Shown in pieces: positions 42,211-50,801 of a DNA stretch of 52,491 bases. A program made the position numbers and the translations under genes. Where the stretch lies: IMG/VR virus record IMGVR_UViG_3300045107_000189, positions 1-52,491 of that record, one strand, 5' to 3'. The stretch's first letter is position 1. Each line of letters opens with the position of its first letter. This DNA comes from a virus. Lineage: Duplodnaviria; Caudoviricetes. Under the pieces are notes generated by a model, which saw nothing but the letters and a program-made list of their open reading frames with translations, made no database searches and was not told the DNA's origin.

Positions 42211-42406
42211 CGCGGCAACGGTTCGTCGGCGCTGCCTACACGGGTCCCGTGTTTACGGATCGCCCGGAAGGAGCCGATGCGGTCGCGAAGGGCAGCTAGC
42301 GATCGCCCCTGACGTCGGCAGGGAGAACGAGGGCGCCAGCCCCTGTGAAACCCGGCGCGCTGGAAGTCGTAGCGGGGCCCGGTTCCGGGCCGGTGTCCCC
42401 GCCGCG
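42211..42406 (+). ncRNA. Candidate multi-stem structured RNA
   Basis: About 200-nt intergenic gap closed by CGCGGC/GCCGCG and containing several internal hairpins. Confidence 0.45.
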
Positions 42407-42425
42407 CATCGATAACGGAGGATCT

Positions 42426-42776
42426 GTGGAACAGCAGCAGCAGAAGTTCGAGGCCTGGGCGGTCGTCGAGCTGTTCGGCCACCAGCGTGTGGCCGGGCGG
42501 CTCTCCGAGCAGGCGATCGGCGGTGAGACGTTCCTGCGCGTGGACGTGCCCGCGTCGAGCGGTCACGCGGAGTACTCGCGGCTCTTCGGCAAGGGAGCGA
42601 TCTACTGCATCAACCTGTGCGACGAGGCGACGGCGCGAGCTGCGGCCGCGTACGTGCGTCCGCCGTTGAAGGCGTACGAGCCGCTCCCGACGCTGGCAGC
42701 ACCGGACGGTGTGGCCGTCACGCGCGCGCAGGTCGACGACGACTACGACTTCGGTGACGACGAACCGCCGCTGTGA
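42426..42776 (+). CDS. Conserved-looking phage protein (116 aa)
   Basis: GGAGGA RBS; WAVVELFGH...AG...E...G...LRVDVP. Confidence 0.8.
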   Translation: MEQQQQKFEAWAVVELFGHQRVAGRLSEQAIGGETFLRVDVPASSGHAEYSRLFGKGAIYCINLCDEATARAAAAYVRPPLKAYEPLPTLAAPDGVAVTRAQVDDDYDFGDDEPPL

Positions 42777-42979
42777 ACACGGTCCGCCCCTCCGTCTCGC
42801 TCGACGACCAGGTCCGATGGGCTGAAGGCGCGGCCGCGCGCACGAAGAACTACTGGGCGAAGTTGCTTCGCGACGGGAAGGCAAATCCCGTGACGGCACG
42901 CCTCGAGGTGGATCGCGCAGACGCCGTGGTCGAGACGCTGAAGAAGCTGCTGCAGGGAGGATTCCGTGCCGTCGACTGA
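42773..42979 (+). CDS. Hypothetical protein (68 aa)
   Basis: GTGA coupling. Confidence 0.6.
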   Translation: MNTVRPSVSLDDQVRWAEGAAARTKNYWAKLLRDGKANPVTARLEVDRADAVVETLKKLLQGGFRAVD

Positions 42980-43292
42980 CCTCTTGGGTGCGCCGATCGC
43001 GGAGACGCCAGCGATGTCTGCGCCGCTCCCGTACCGCGTGTACCGGATGAACGACAGCGAGTGGTGGATGGCGCGGTCGCTCGACGAAGCGCGCACGGCC
43101 TACTGCGCCTGCTACGGCACGGAGTTCTCGGACACCGCCGATGCGCGCGAGCTCACGGACGACGAGCTGAAATGCCTCATGTTCATCGACGATGAATCGA
43201 ACCCCTCGGCCAGGCGCACCTTCCGCGAAGAGCTCGAGCGGCAAGCAGCCACTGCGACCGGGGCGGAGTTCTTTGCGACGACGGAGTGGTGA
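42966..43292 (+). CDS. Hypothetical acidic protein (108 aa)
   Basis: GGAGG RBS; C-terminal FATTEW. Confidence 0.7.
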   Translation: MPSTDLLGAPIAETPAMSAPLPYRVYRMNDSEWWMARSLDEARTAYCACYGTEFSDTADARELTDDELKCLMFIDDESNPSARRTFREELERQAATATGAEFFATTEW

Positions 43293-43293
43293 C

Positions 43294-43905
43294 GTGCCGC
43301 AATCCCGCCCGATCCTATTCTCCGCTCCTATGGTCCGCTCGCTTCTCATCGGCCGGAAGACGCAGACCAGGCGCGTCGTGAAGGGAGCGCCGCCGGCGGG
43401 CACCACGGACTTCATCCGCTACCACCACCCCGACGACGAGCTCGGCGCGCGTCCGTTCTTTTGGGCGTGGGGTGCGGACCCGGATCACCCGGACGCCGAG
43501 TGCATTCTCGATTTCGCGCTGCCCTGCCCCTACGGCGCGCCCGGCGATCTGCTGTGGGTGCGCGAGACATGGGCGCGCCACGCCGATGGCGTTACCTATC
43601 GAGCCGACTTCGACGAAACGAGTTTCGCAGCTACGGGCGGAATCGCTTGGCGGCCGTCCATCCACATGCCACGCGCGCTCGCGCGCATCACGCTGCGGAT
43701 CACCGAAGTGCGCGTCGAGCAGCTGCAACGGATCACCGAGGCGGACGCACGCTGCGAGGGCGTGGACGAGATCCGCGCGCGCGTGCCGACGTGCCGCGAC
43801 GCGTACCGGCTGCTGTGGGACGACATCCACGGCGCCGGCGCATGGGACGGGAATCCTTGGGTGTGGGTCGTCGCGTTCGAGCGCGCGCGGGAGCTTCCGG
43901 CATGA
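43294..43905 (+). CDS. ASCH/PUA-like protein
   Basis: RPILFS.PMV...GRKTQTRR, CPYG.PGD.LWVRE, WRPSIHMPR, NPWVWV. Confidence 0.85.
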   Translation: MPQSRPILFSAPMVRSLLIGRKTQTRRVVKGAPPAGTTDFIRYHHPDDELGARPFFWAWGADPDHPDAECILDFALPCPYGAPGDLLWVRETWARHADGVTYRADFDETSFAATGGIAWRPSIHMPRALARITLRITEVRVEQLQRITEADARCEGVDEIRARVPTCRDAYRLLWDDIHGAGAWDGNPWVWVVAFERARELPA

Positions 43906-45596
43906 CGCATCCGATCCCCGACGCCGCGCTCCTGCAGCACGTCATCGCGCTCGGGAAGACGGGCAGCGGGAAGAGCTCCGCGCTGCGCAGCCAGGTTGAG
44001 CGGCTGCTCGATCTCGGCCGGCCGGTGTGCATCGTCGACCCGAAGGGCGACTGGTACGGCCTGCGCTCCGGCGCCGACGGCCGCTCGCCGGGCTACCCGA
44101 TCGTGATCTTCGGCGGCGATCACGCGGACGTGCCGATCAACGCGCACGCGGGCGCGGCGGTCGCCGAGCTGATCGCGACCGGGAACCGCCCGGCGCTGAT
44201 CGATCTCGGCGGCTGGATGGTCGGCGAGCGCACGCGGTTCTGGATCGACTTCGCGTCGACCCTCTTCCGCGCGACGCGCGGGCCGCGCTGGCTCGTGATC
44301 GACGAGGTCCACAACTTCGCGCCGCAGGGGAAGATCCTCGACCCGGACGCCGGCAAGGCCCTGCACTGGTCGAATCGCCTCGCGAGCGAGGGCCGCGGCA
44401 AGGGCCTCACGATCCTCGCGGCGAGCCAGCGCCCGCAGAAGGTGCACAAGGACTTCCTCACCAGCGCCGAGACGCTGATCGCACTCCGCGTCGTGCACCC
44501 GCTCGACCGCGGCGCGATCAAGGACTGGATCGACGGCTGCCCGGATCCGGCGAAGGGTCGCGAGGTGCTGCAGACGCTCGCATCGCTGCCGCGCGGCGAG
44601 GCCTGGGTCTGGTCGCCGGAGATCGGGTTCGGGCCCGAGCGGATCCGTTTCCCGAAGTTCCGCACGTTCGACTCGTTCTCGCCGCGCGAGGACGGCGCGG
44701 CGCCGCTCGCCGGCTGGGCGGAGGTGGACCTCGCGGACGTACGCGCGCGCCTGGCGGCGGTCGTGCAGGAGGCCGAAGCGAACGATCCCGCGACCCTGCG
44801 CGCGCGTATCCGGCAGCTGGAGGCGCAGCTCGTGGACGTGCTGAACCGACCGAGCGGCTTCACGGCCGACGTCGTCGAAGATGCGCGGCGCGCGGGCTAT
44901 CGGAACGGCGTAGAGGCCGGCTTCACGCTCGCAGCCGAGGCGGCGAAGAAGGCATTCGACGCGGCGCTGCTGTCGACTCTCGCGGATGGTTCCGCCACTT
45001 TGGCGCCAGAGGACACGCCGGTCACCGAGGCGTGGATCGCCGAGCAGGTGCGCAAGGAGATCTCGGATCGCGAAGTCGTCCTCACTGCGACGCGCGCACC
45101 GCACGCACCGCCGGCGGCCGGCGTCGGCGGATCCGGGAAGCGGCGGATCCTGATCGCGCTCGCGCAGTTCCCCGCCGGCCTGAAGCCGCGGCGCGCCGCC
45201 CTCCTCGCCGGCCTCGTGCACGGCTCCGGCACCTGGTCGAAGTACCTGGGGCAGCTGCGCAGCGCCGGGCACGTCGAGAGCGACGGCGATCGGCTCCGGA
45301 TCACCTCCGCCGGGAAGAAGGCGCTTGGCCGGTATGAGCCGCTGCCGACCGACCGCGCGCTGATCGCCTACTGGCAGCAGTGGCTCGGCGACGGCGGCCA
45401 GCGTCGGATCTTCGACGTGCTCATCGCCGAGTACCCGCGCGCGGTGCCGCCGGCGGCGGTCGCCGCGGCGGCCGGGCTCGTGTACGGCAGCGGCACATGG
45501 TCGAAGTACATCGGCCGCCTGCGGTCGCTCGAGCTCGTCACTGGACGCGATCGGCTGAAGGCGTCGGACGACCTCTTCACGGACGGAGACGCATGA
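43902..45596 (+). CDS. HerA/FtsK-like (DUF87) ATPase with two C-terminal wHTH repeats
   Basis: GKTGSGKS, IVDPKGD, LVIDEVH, GR..G....ASQRP. Confidence 0.88.
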   Translation: MTHPIPDAALLQHVIALGKTGSGKSSALRSQVERLLDLGRPVCIVDPKGDWYGLRSGADGRSPGYPIVIFGGDHADVPINAHAGAAVAELIATGNRPALIDLGGWMVGERTRFWIDFASTLFRATRGPRWLVIDEVHNFAPQGKILDPDAGKALHWSNRLASEGRGKGLTILAASQRPQKVHKDFLTSAETLIALRVVHPLDRGAIKDWIDGCPDPAKGREVLQTLASLPRGEAWVWSPEIGFGPERIRFPKFRTFDSFSPREDGAAPLAGWAEVDLADVRARLAAVVQEAEANDPATLRARIRQLEAQLVDVLNRPSGFTADVVEDARRAGYRNGVEAGFTLAAEAAKKAFDAALLSTLADGSATLAPEDTPVTEAWIAEQVRKEISDREVVLTATRAPHAPPAAGVGGSGKRRILIALAQFPAGLKPRRAALLAGLVHGSGTWSKYLGQLRSAGHVESDGDRLRITSAGKKALGRYEPLPTDRALIAYWQQWLGDGGQRRIFDVLIAEYPRAVPPAAVAAAAGLVYGSGTWSKYIGRLRSLELVTGRDRLKASDDLFTDGDA

Positions 45597-45877
45597 GCCA
45601 CCGAAGCAGCTCAGTTTCCGGCCAGCTGCTCCTGGCCGCCGCGATCTCCGTGCTCGCGCAGCCGCGCCGGTACGGCATGTCGGATCCGCGGGTGATCCCC
45701 GCGCCTCCTCCGCCGACTCCCGCGCCGCGGCCGCAGCAGGCCCCGCTTCCACCGCCGCCGCGCCCGGCAGAAGTGCCGCGGCCCGCGCCTCAGCTCGCCG
45801 CCGACGCGCGCGAGCGCCTGGCCGCGGCGGAGGCGAAGCGCGCACGGAAGGCCGCTCGACGGATGTCGCATCGATGA
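45593..45877 (+). CDS. Pro-rich hypothetical protein
   Basis: ATGA coupling at both ends. Confidence 0.55.
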   Translation: MSHRSSSVSGQLLLAAAISVLAQPRRYGMSDPRVIPAPPPPTPAPRPQQAPLPPPPRPAEVPRPAPQLAADARERLAAAEAKRARKAARRMSHR

Positions 45878-46290
45878 ACCGCGCCCAGCGCCGCGCACGC
45901 GCCTCGATCGCCCGTGTCCTCGCAAAGGACCGCCCGCCGGCGCTCACGCCCATCCCGCGGGACGAGTGGCCCGACTGGCATCCATCGCGCGTCGGCGCAT
46001 GGATCTCGCGCGACTGGATCGTGCAGCTCTACCTCGAGGAGCCGGTCCAGGGCGTACCCGTGCACCGCATGTCGGTGAACCGGGCGGCCCTGCAGAGCGG
46101 AGGGCGGTTCGTCGACGGAATCTCGTGGGACGAGCTGCAGGTGCTGAAGCGCGAGATCGGATACGGCGACTGGTATGCCGTCGAGATATACCCGCGCGAT
46201 CGCGACATCGTGAACGTATCGAACATGCGCCATCTCTGGATGCTCGAGCGGCCGCTCGAGATCGGGTGGTTCAACGGAGCACGCGGATGA
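45874..46290 (+). CDS. Conserved-looking phage protein (138 aa)
   Basis: DGISWDELQ..K...G.GD..AVEIYP...VNV.NMRHLW. Confidence 0.8.
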   Translation: MNRAQRRARASIARVLAKDRPPALTPIPRDEWPDWHPSRVGAWISRDWIVQLYLEEPVQGVPVHRMSVNRAALQSGGRFVDGISWDELQVLKREIGYGDWYAVEIYPRDRDIVNVSNMRHLWMLERPLEIGWFNGARG

Positions 46291-46601
46291 CGACGAGCAC
46301 GCTTACCGAGGAGAGCCAGCGCGCGGCGCGGGCGGGCAAGATCATCGCGGCCGGCTGGGAGTCGTTCCGCGCGCAGGTGGTGGCGCCCGACGCCTCGCCC
46401 ACGCAACTGCGCGAGATGCGGCTCGCGTGGTTCGCCGGCGCTCAGTACCTCTACACCGCGCTGATTCGAATGATGGACGCCGGCGACGAGCCGACGGCCG
46501 CCGACCTCGCCGTCATGATGGCGATCGACGACGAGCTGAACGCGTTCGCCGCCGACTTCACGGCGCGCCTGGCGCACGACGCGGCAGCCGGCAATGGCTG
46601 A
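46287..46601 (+). CDS. Hypothetical protein (104 aa)
   Basis: Q..EMR.A.FAGA motif; ATGA coupling. Confidence 0.7.
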   Translation: MTTSTLTEESQRAARAGKIIAAGWESFRAQVVAPDASPTQLREMRLAWFAGAQYLYTALIRMMDAGDEPTAADLAVMMAIDDELNAFAADFTARLAHDAAAGNG

Positions 46602-46845
46602 CCTGATCCAGATCCCCGCGCGGCCAGCCTACCGCGAGACGACGCTCGCGGAGCTGTGGGCGGAAGCAGAGACGCTCGGCCGCGTGAGCGTCTCGAGCTA
46701 CGGCCGCGACTACACCGTGTCGATCATGTTCCACAGCCGGCGCGGCTCGACGATCTTTGCGAAGGGCGAGCACGCGAGCATCGCTTGCGCAGTCGGCCTG
46801 GCGATCAACGAGGCGCGCGAGTTCGGCGCCGGGAGCGCCGAATGA
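46594..46845 (+). CDS. Hypothetical protein (83 aa)
   Basis: Overlapping start, operon order. Confidence 0.6.
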   Translation: MADLIQIPARPAYRETTLAELWAEAETLGRVSVSSYGRDYTVSIMFHSRRGSTIFAKGEHASIACAVGLAINEAREFGAGSAE

Positions 46846-47168
46846 CGTTCCACCAAATCGTTCCGGGTCAGCAGCGCCGCCAGGTTTGGAAGTTCGACGC
46901 CCCGGCGCCAGGCTGTGAGGCTCGCCTGCACATGCCGGTTGGGACAGAGCTTCTGCACCTCGAGCTGCAGCGCGGAGCGCCGAAGATCTGGGGCCTTGTG
47001 CCGATCGACGAGCCCGCGATGGAGCACCGGTGGTTCATCTGCGCAGGCACCGGCTGGACTCTGACCGGCGACCTCCAGCACCTCGGCTCATTCCAGGATG
47101 GCATCGGCGGCGTGTGGCACGTCTTTGAGATCTCCGCCGAGTACGCCGGCAGGGCGCTCCCGACATGA
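46842..47168 (+). CDS. Hypothetical phage protein (108 aa)
   Basis: VWKF...MP.G...Q...IW...GTG...GSFQ...VWHVFE. Confidence 0.7.
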   Translation: MTFHQIVPGQQRRQVWKFDAPAPGCEARLHMPVGTELLHLELQRGAPKIWGLVPIDEPAMEHRWFICAGTGWTLTGDLQHLGSFQDGIGGVWHVFEISAEYAGRALPT

Positions 47169-47323
47169 ACGAGACGCATCGTGAACGCGCTACGTGCGCG
47201 CTGTACGTGCTCGTCGGCGCGGTGATCGGCTCCGCACTCGCGGGCAACACCACGGCGGCGCACTCCTACATCGCTGCCGCCGTCATCGCATGGGCACTGC
47301 GCGACGCGGGTCCACGGTCATGA
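47165..47323 (+). CDS. Small 2-TM protein (52 aa)
   Basis: ATGA coupling at both ends; below the ORF-track cutoff. Confidence 0.55.
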   Translation: MNETHRERATCALYVLVGAVIGSALAGNTTAAHSYIAAAVIAWALRDAGPRS

Positions 47324-47511
47324 GCGACACCAAGAACATCGAGATCGCGCTCCGCGCCGCGAAGCTGATGCACACGATCGGCGGACTGGTAGAAGCACGC
47401 GACTTCCTCGTGCGTCGCGCGATCTTCGCTGAGGTGGTCGAGCAGCTCGGGCCGCTCGGCAAGGCGATCGATGAGACGCGGCCTGCGGGCGCCGCCACCA
47501 AGGTGCGGTGA
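47320..47511 (+). CDS. Hypothetical protein (63 aa)
   Basis: ATGA coupling. Confidence 0.55.
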   Translation: MSDTKNIEIALRAAKLMHTIGGLVEARDFLVRRAIFAEVVEQLGPLGKAIDETRPAGAATKVR

Positions 47512-47837
47512 TGGGGTGGGAAGTAGGCTTCGATCCGAACTGGCAGCGGGACATCGGCTACGGCGTGCCCGCGACTTGCGATCACCCGGGCTGCGGTACG
47601 GACATTGACCGCGGCCTCGGTTACGTGTGCGGCGGCGGCACCGGAGAGCATGGGTGCGGCCTGTACTTCTGCTCGAAGCACCGGGGCGCTGACGATCTCT
47701 GCGAGCGGTGCGTCGCGGGCGAGGAGCCGTTCGAGCCGACGCCGGACACTGGGGCGTGGAATCACCACAAGGCGACCCACGAGTCGTGGGCGAAGTGGCG
47801 CGCGCAGCAGCTCCGGGCTCGTTCAAGGAACGCGTGA
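47508..47837 (+). CDS. Cys/His-rich zinc-binding phage protein
   Basis: RDIGYGVPA.CDHPGC...IDRGL.Y.CG...GCGL.FC..H. Confidence 0.8.
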   Translation: MMGWEVGFDPNWQRDIGYGVPATCDHPGCGTDIDRGLGYVCGGGTGEHGCGLYFCSKHRGADDLCERCVAGEEPFEPTPDTGAWNHHKATHESWAKWRAQQLRARSRNA

Positions 47838-47840
47838 CAT

Positions 47841-47914
47841 GCGGGTATGGCCGAACGGTCAGGCACGAGGCTTCCAACCTCGCTACGCGAGTTCGACTCT
47901 CGCTGCCCGCTCCA
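47841..47914 (+). tRNA. tRNA-Gly (anticodon TCC)
   Basis: Acceptor GCGGGTA/TGCCCGC, anticodon arm CGAGG-CTTCCAA-CCTCG, T arm GCGAG-TTCGACT-CTCGC, U discriminator plus encoded CCA. Confidence 0.92.
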
Positions 47915-47950
47915 TCGAAGCGCGTGCGGCGCATCCGAGGGGGCATCGCG

Positions 47951-48562
47951 ATGGCTGACCTACCGAGCTACGGGCTGGAATGGCGTGGCCCCAGGGAGCC
48001 TGTGGCGGTTCCGAAGCCGGACGGCTACTGGACGCCGTGGCACATCGCGAACACACAGATCGACGCACTTGCCGCCCGGCTGGAAGAGCTGCAGAGCGCA
48101 CTGCGCGAACTAGTGGCGCTGAAGGACATGCACGACCAGTTCGACGCTATGAAGCAGGACGTGCCCGACGTGGCTACCGCAGTCGTGCTCGAAGGCATCG
48201 GCGCGGAGTACCGCAAGCGAAAGCCTGCTGCGTGGGAGCGCGCACGCGCGCTCGTGAACGCCCCTCCGATCATGAGAGCAGATGCGCCTGCGTCTGTTGC
48301 TCCCGCGCCGGACTTCCGCGCGCTGGTCGAGAAGTGCCGCCCGTGGATCAACGCTCAGGCGGGCGGACAGCACGGGCTGTGGACGGCGCGCGAGCTGCTC
48401 ATCGAGATCGACGCCGCTCTCGCCTCCCCGCCGCCGGCCGAGCCGAAGCCCGTCGAGTTCGATGAACCGCTGTGCGCGCGGTGCGAATCGCCCATCGTGG
48501 AACTTGGGAAGCCGTGCCCGAAGTGCAGCCCCACCGATCAAACGTCAGGAGGTGTTTCGTGA
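47951..48562 (+). CDS. Hypothetical protein with DGYWTPWH motif and C-terminal zinc ribbon
   Basis: GAGGGG RBS; CARC...CPKC. Confidence 0.7.
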   Translation: MADLPSYGLEWRGPREPVAVPKPDGYWTPWHIANTQIDALAARLEELQSALRELVALKDMHDQFDAMKQDVPDVATAVVLEGIGAEYRKRKPAAWERARALVNAPPIMRADAPASVAPAPDFRALVEKCRPWINAQAGGQHGLWTARELLIEIDAALASPPPAEPKPVEFDEPLCARCESPIVELGKPCPKCSPTDQTSGGVS

Positions 48563-48942
48563 GCGCGTGCGGTGCCTGCTGTGCCTGCGGATACGCGGCC
48601 CCCCTCCACAGCGAGGAATGCCCCGAGCTACACCTTGCGATCGCGTCGGAGTTGGAACGCGCTCTGGTGCGCCGCGTCGTCGCCGAAGTGTGGCGGATGA
48701 TCCCCAATGGCACGGACCCGTATGCGGCGGGCTTCGGCCTCGCGGTGGATGAAATCGCGGTACGGCTGCAAGCGGCGTGGGGCGAGGAGCCGACAGAAGC
48801 CGCGGCTTGGGCACATGTGGCGCCTGACACGAAGCCCGCGCAGGCCGATCAAACGACAGCGATTCCATGTGTGCGCTGCGGCGGTCCGGACGGGCCGACC
48901 TGTGCGGCGTGCGAGGAAGCCGTGAACGGACCGAGGTACTGA
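48559..48942 (+). CDS. Cys-rich hypothetical protein
   Basis: AGGAGG RBS, GTGA coupling. Confidence 0.6.
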   Translation: MSACGACCACGYAAPLHSEECPELHLAIASELERALVRRVVAEVWRMIPNGTDPYAAGFGLAVDEIAVRLQAAWGEEPTEAAAWAHVAPDTKPAQADQTTAIPCVRCGGPDGPTCAACEEAVNGPRY

Positions 48943-48944
48943 TC

Positions 48945-49193
48945 GTGAGCGATCTTCACGAACTGCGGAGCTACGTCGAGGCCGAGATCGCCGAGTGCGA
49001 CAAGACCATCGGGTCTAACGCATCGGCCGGCTGGATGGTTGAGGACGCGCGCGACGAGCGGCGCGAACTGCGGCGGAAGCTCGAAGCTATCGAGGCCGTT
49101 GAGCAGATCGCACGGCAGATGGAGGCATCGAAGCACCGTCGCCGGATACCCGGAGCACCTGTCACGAAGTCTCCGCCTCAGGAGGGAGCATGA
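48945..49193 (+). CDS. Hypothetical coiled-coil protein
   Basis: GAGG RBS. Confidence 0.55.
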   Translation: MSDLHELRSYVEAEIAECDKTIGSNASAGWMVEDARDERRELRRKLEAIEAVEQIARQMEASKHRRRIPGAPVTKSPPQEGA

Positions 49194-49390
49194 GCACAAA
49201 CGATCCCGCGCTCGACTTGGCGTGGGCGCAGGGGCGCTACGCAATCGCGAGCGAGTGGCACGAACAGTGCGTGAAGCAGTTGCAGCGCGCGGTGCGCGAG
49301 CAGCGCCAGGCGCGTCTCGATATGGAGTCTGCGCAGGCGAAGATCCGGCAGGCGCGCGCGGATAACTCAGAGCTTGGTCGGGAGGGGTGA
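49190..49390 (+). CDS. Hypothetical protein (66 aa)
   Basis: GGAGG RBS, ATGA coupling. Confidence 0.6.
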   Translation: MSTNDPALDLAWAQGRYAIASEWHEQCVKQLQRAVREQRQARLDMESAQAKIRQARADNSELGREG

Positions 49391-49680
49391 TGGGACTCGA
49401 TGCACAGCCGTCGTATATGACGGAGCCGCCTGCGGTGCTCATCGCGCCGAATGGGACGGTTGGGATCTTCGGGGGCGACACGCCCGCAGGAACGTGCCGC
49501 GACCACGCAGCCGCGTCGCTCGCATGGGCTATCGCGGTGTTGACCGAGGAGCTGCAACGGACGATTCAGGCGCCCGGTCATGGCAACGCGAGCGTTGAAC
49601 CGATGTTCGCGCTGCATGAGGCGGCAGCCGCCGTCATCGACGAGAGCAGCGATAGTGACAGCGCATCCGAGGAGCGATAA
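49387..49680 (+). CDS. Hypothetical protein (97 aa)
   Basis: GGAGG RBS, coupled start. Confidence 0.55.
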   Translation: MMGLDAQPSYMTEPPAVLIAPNGTVGIFGGDTPAGTCRDHAAASLAWAIAVLTEELQRTIQAPGHGNASVEPMFALHEAAAAVIDESSDSDSASEER

Positions 49681-49893
49681 ATGCCGAGGCTACCCAGCGA
49701 CAAGACCATTACCGCGAACCTGCGGCGCGAGAACAACCGGCTCCGCAAGGAAGTGACGACGACGCGCGCAGCCGCCGAGTCCTACCGCGTTCGCGCGACG
49801 CGGGCCGAGCAGGAAGTGTCCGACTGGAAGCGCCGGTTCGACGCGCTGCTGGAACGTAGGGCCGCTGCTCTCAGCCCAACTGATTCAAGGTAA
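49681..49893 (+). CDS. Hypothetical coiled-coil protein (70 aa)
   Basis: GAGGAG RBS. Confidence 0.6.
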   Translation: MPRLPSDKTITANLRRENNRLRKEVTTTRAAAESYRVRATRAEQEVSDWKRRFDALLERRAAALSPTDSR

Positions 49894-49901
49894 CCGAGTC
49901 C

Positions 49902-50147
49902 GTGAACGAACGAGCGTTCCGAAAGCGCCTGGACTGGATGATGGGCATTGAGCCGCTGGGCAGGTTTCGGCGGTTCTCCATGTCCAGCGACTATGCGAAT
50001 TCGTACTCGCTCCGGCCGAGCTCTGCGCGCGACTGGACGAGCCGCTTTTCGTACGAGCGTGCCGGATATGACTTCGAGGACGCATGGGACATCTGGCTGT
50101 CCCGGCGCCCGCGATCAACGGTCCCGACTGGAGCTCCGCACGCGTGA
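49902..50147 (+). CDS. Hypothetical protein (81 aa)
   Basis: Operon order. Confidence 0.5.
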   Translation: MNERAFRKRLDWMMGIEPLGRFRRFSMSSDYANSYSLRPSSARDWTSRFSYERAGYDFEDAWDIWLSRRPRSTVPTGAPHA

Positions 50148-50331
50148 CCGATGGGGCTCTCCACCGAACCGTCCGGGAGTGCGGGAACCCGCGCTGCCGG
50201 GCGCTCTGGCTCGAGGATCCGCGCGGCCGCTGCCCGGACTGCGTCGGGAAGCTCGGCGGCGGCTGGACGTGCACGCCGCGCATCGCGCGCGTGCCGCCGG
50301 TTCGCGCGCCGCGGAGGAAGAAGGCGTGACG

Positions 50332-50538
50332 TCAGCCCTGCCCCTGCGTCCGGCGCCGATCGAGCTCCGCCTGGTAGCGCGCAGCGAGCGCCGTCAGCCG
50401 CTCCGCGTCGCGCAGGAAGATCTCGCGATAGGAGGTGCCCTCGCTGCCCTCCGCGTCCTTCCGGCGGACATGAGCGAGCGCGCGGCACGCCATCGCGGAC
50501 GATTCGAGGTCGAGGTCGGACAGGTCTTCGAGGGCCAT
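50332..50538 (-). CDS. Possible antisense-oriented helical protein (68 aa)
   Basis: MALEDLSDLDLE...YQAELDRRR has natural composition; overlaps plus ORF 50326-50577. Confidence 0.45.
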   Translation of the reverse strand: MALEDLSDLDLESSAMACRALAHVRRKDAEGSEGTSYREIFLRDAERLTALAARYQAELDRRRTQGQG

Positions 50539-50573
50539 GGCCGAGAGTCTAGTCGAGAGGTCGAGGTGAGCGC

Positions 50574-50801
50574 ATGAGCGGCGAGCTGCTCCCCCTGCAG
50601 GTCTGGGCCGAACGCGTGTACGGCGAGAACGCTCCGTCCATCGTGACGCTACGCGCCTGGGCGCGGGACGCCCGCATCCAGCCGGCGCCAGAAAAGCACG
50701 GGCGGACGTACTTCGTGCCCGCCGGCGCGCGGTACGTCGAGCCAGGACGGAAGCCGCGGAAGCGGCTAGTCTCCCGCCTCTATGGCTCCGAGAATGCGTA
50801 G
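50574..50801 (+). CDS. xis: Excisionase (lambda Xis-like)
   Basis: L..WA......PS..TLR.WAR..RI.P.P.KHGR.Y.V...A.Y. Confidence 0.9.
   Translation: MSGELLPLQVWAERVYGENAPSIVTLRAWARDARIQPAPEKHGRTYFVPAGARYVEPGRKPRKRLVSRLYGSENA

Noticed and set aside
42305-42355. Hammerhead ribozyme
   Set aside because: CTGACGT does not match the CUGAnGA core despite a downstream GAAA
47871-47877. tRNA as an amber suppressor or Trp tRNA
   Set aside because: The canonical 7-nt loop places TCC at the anticodon, and the acceptor/discriminator fit Gly
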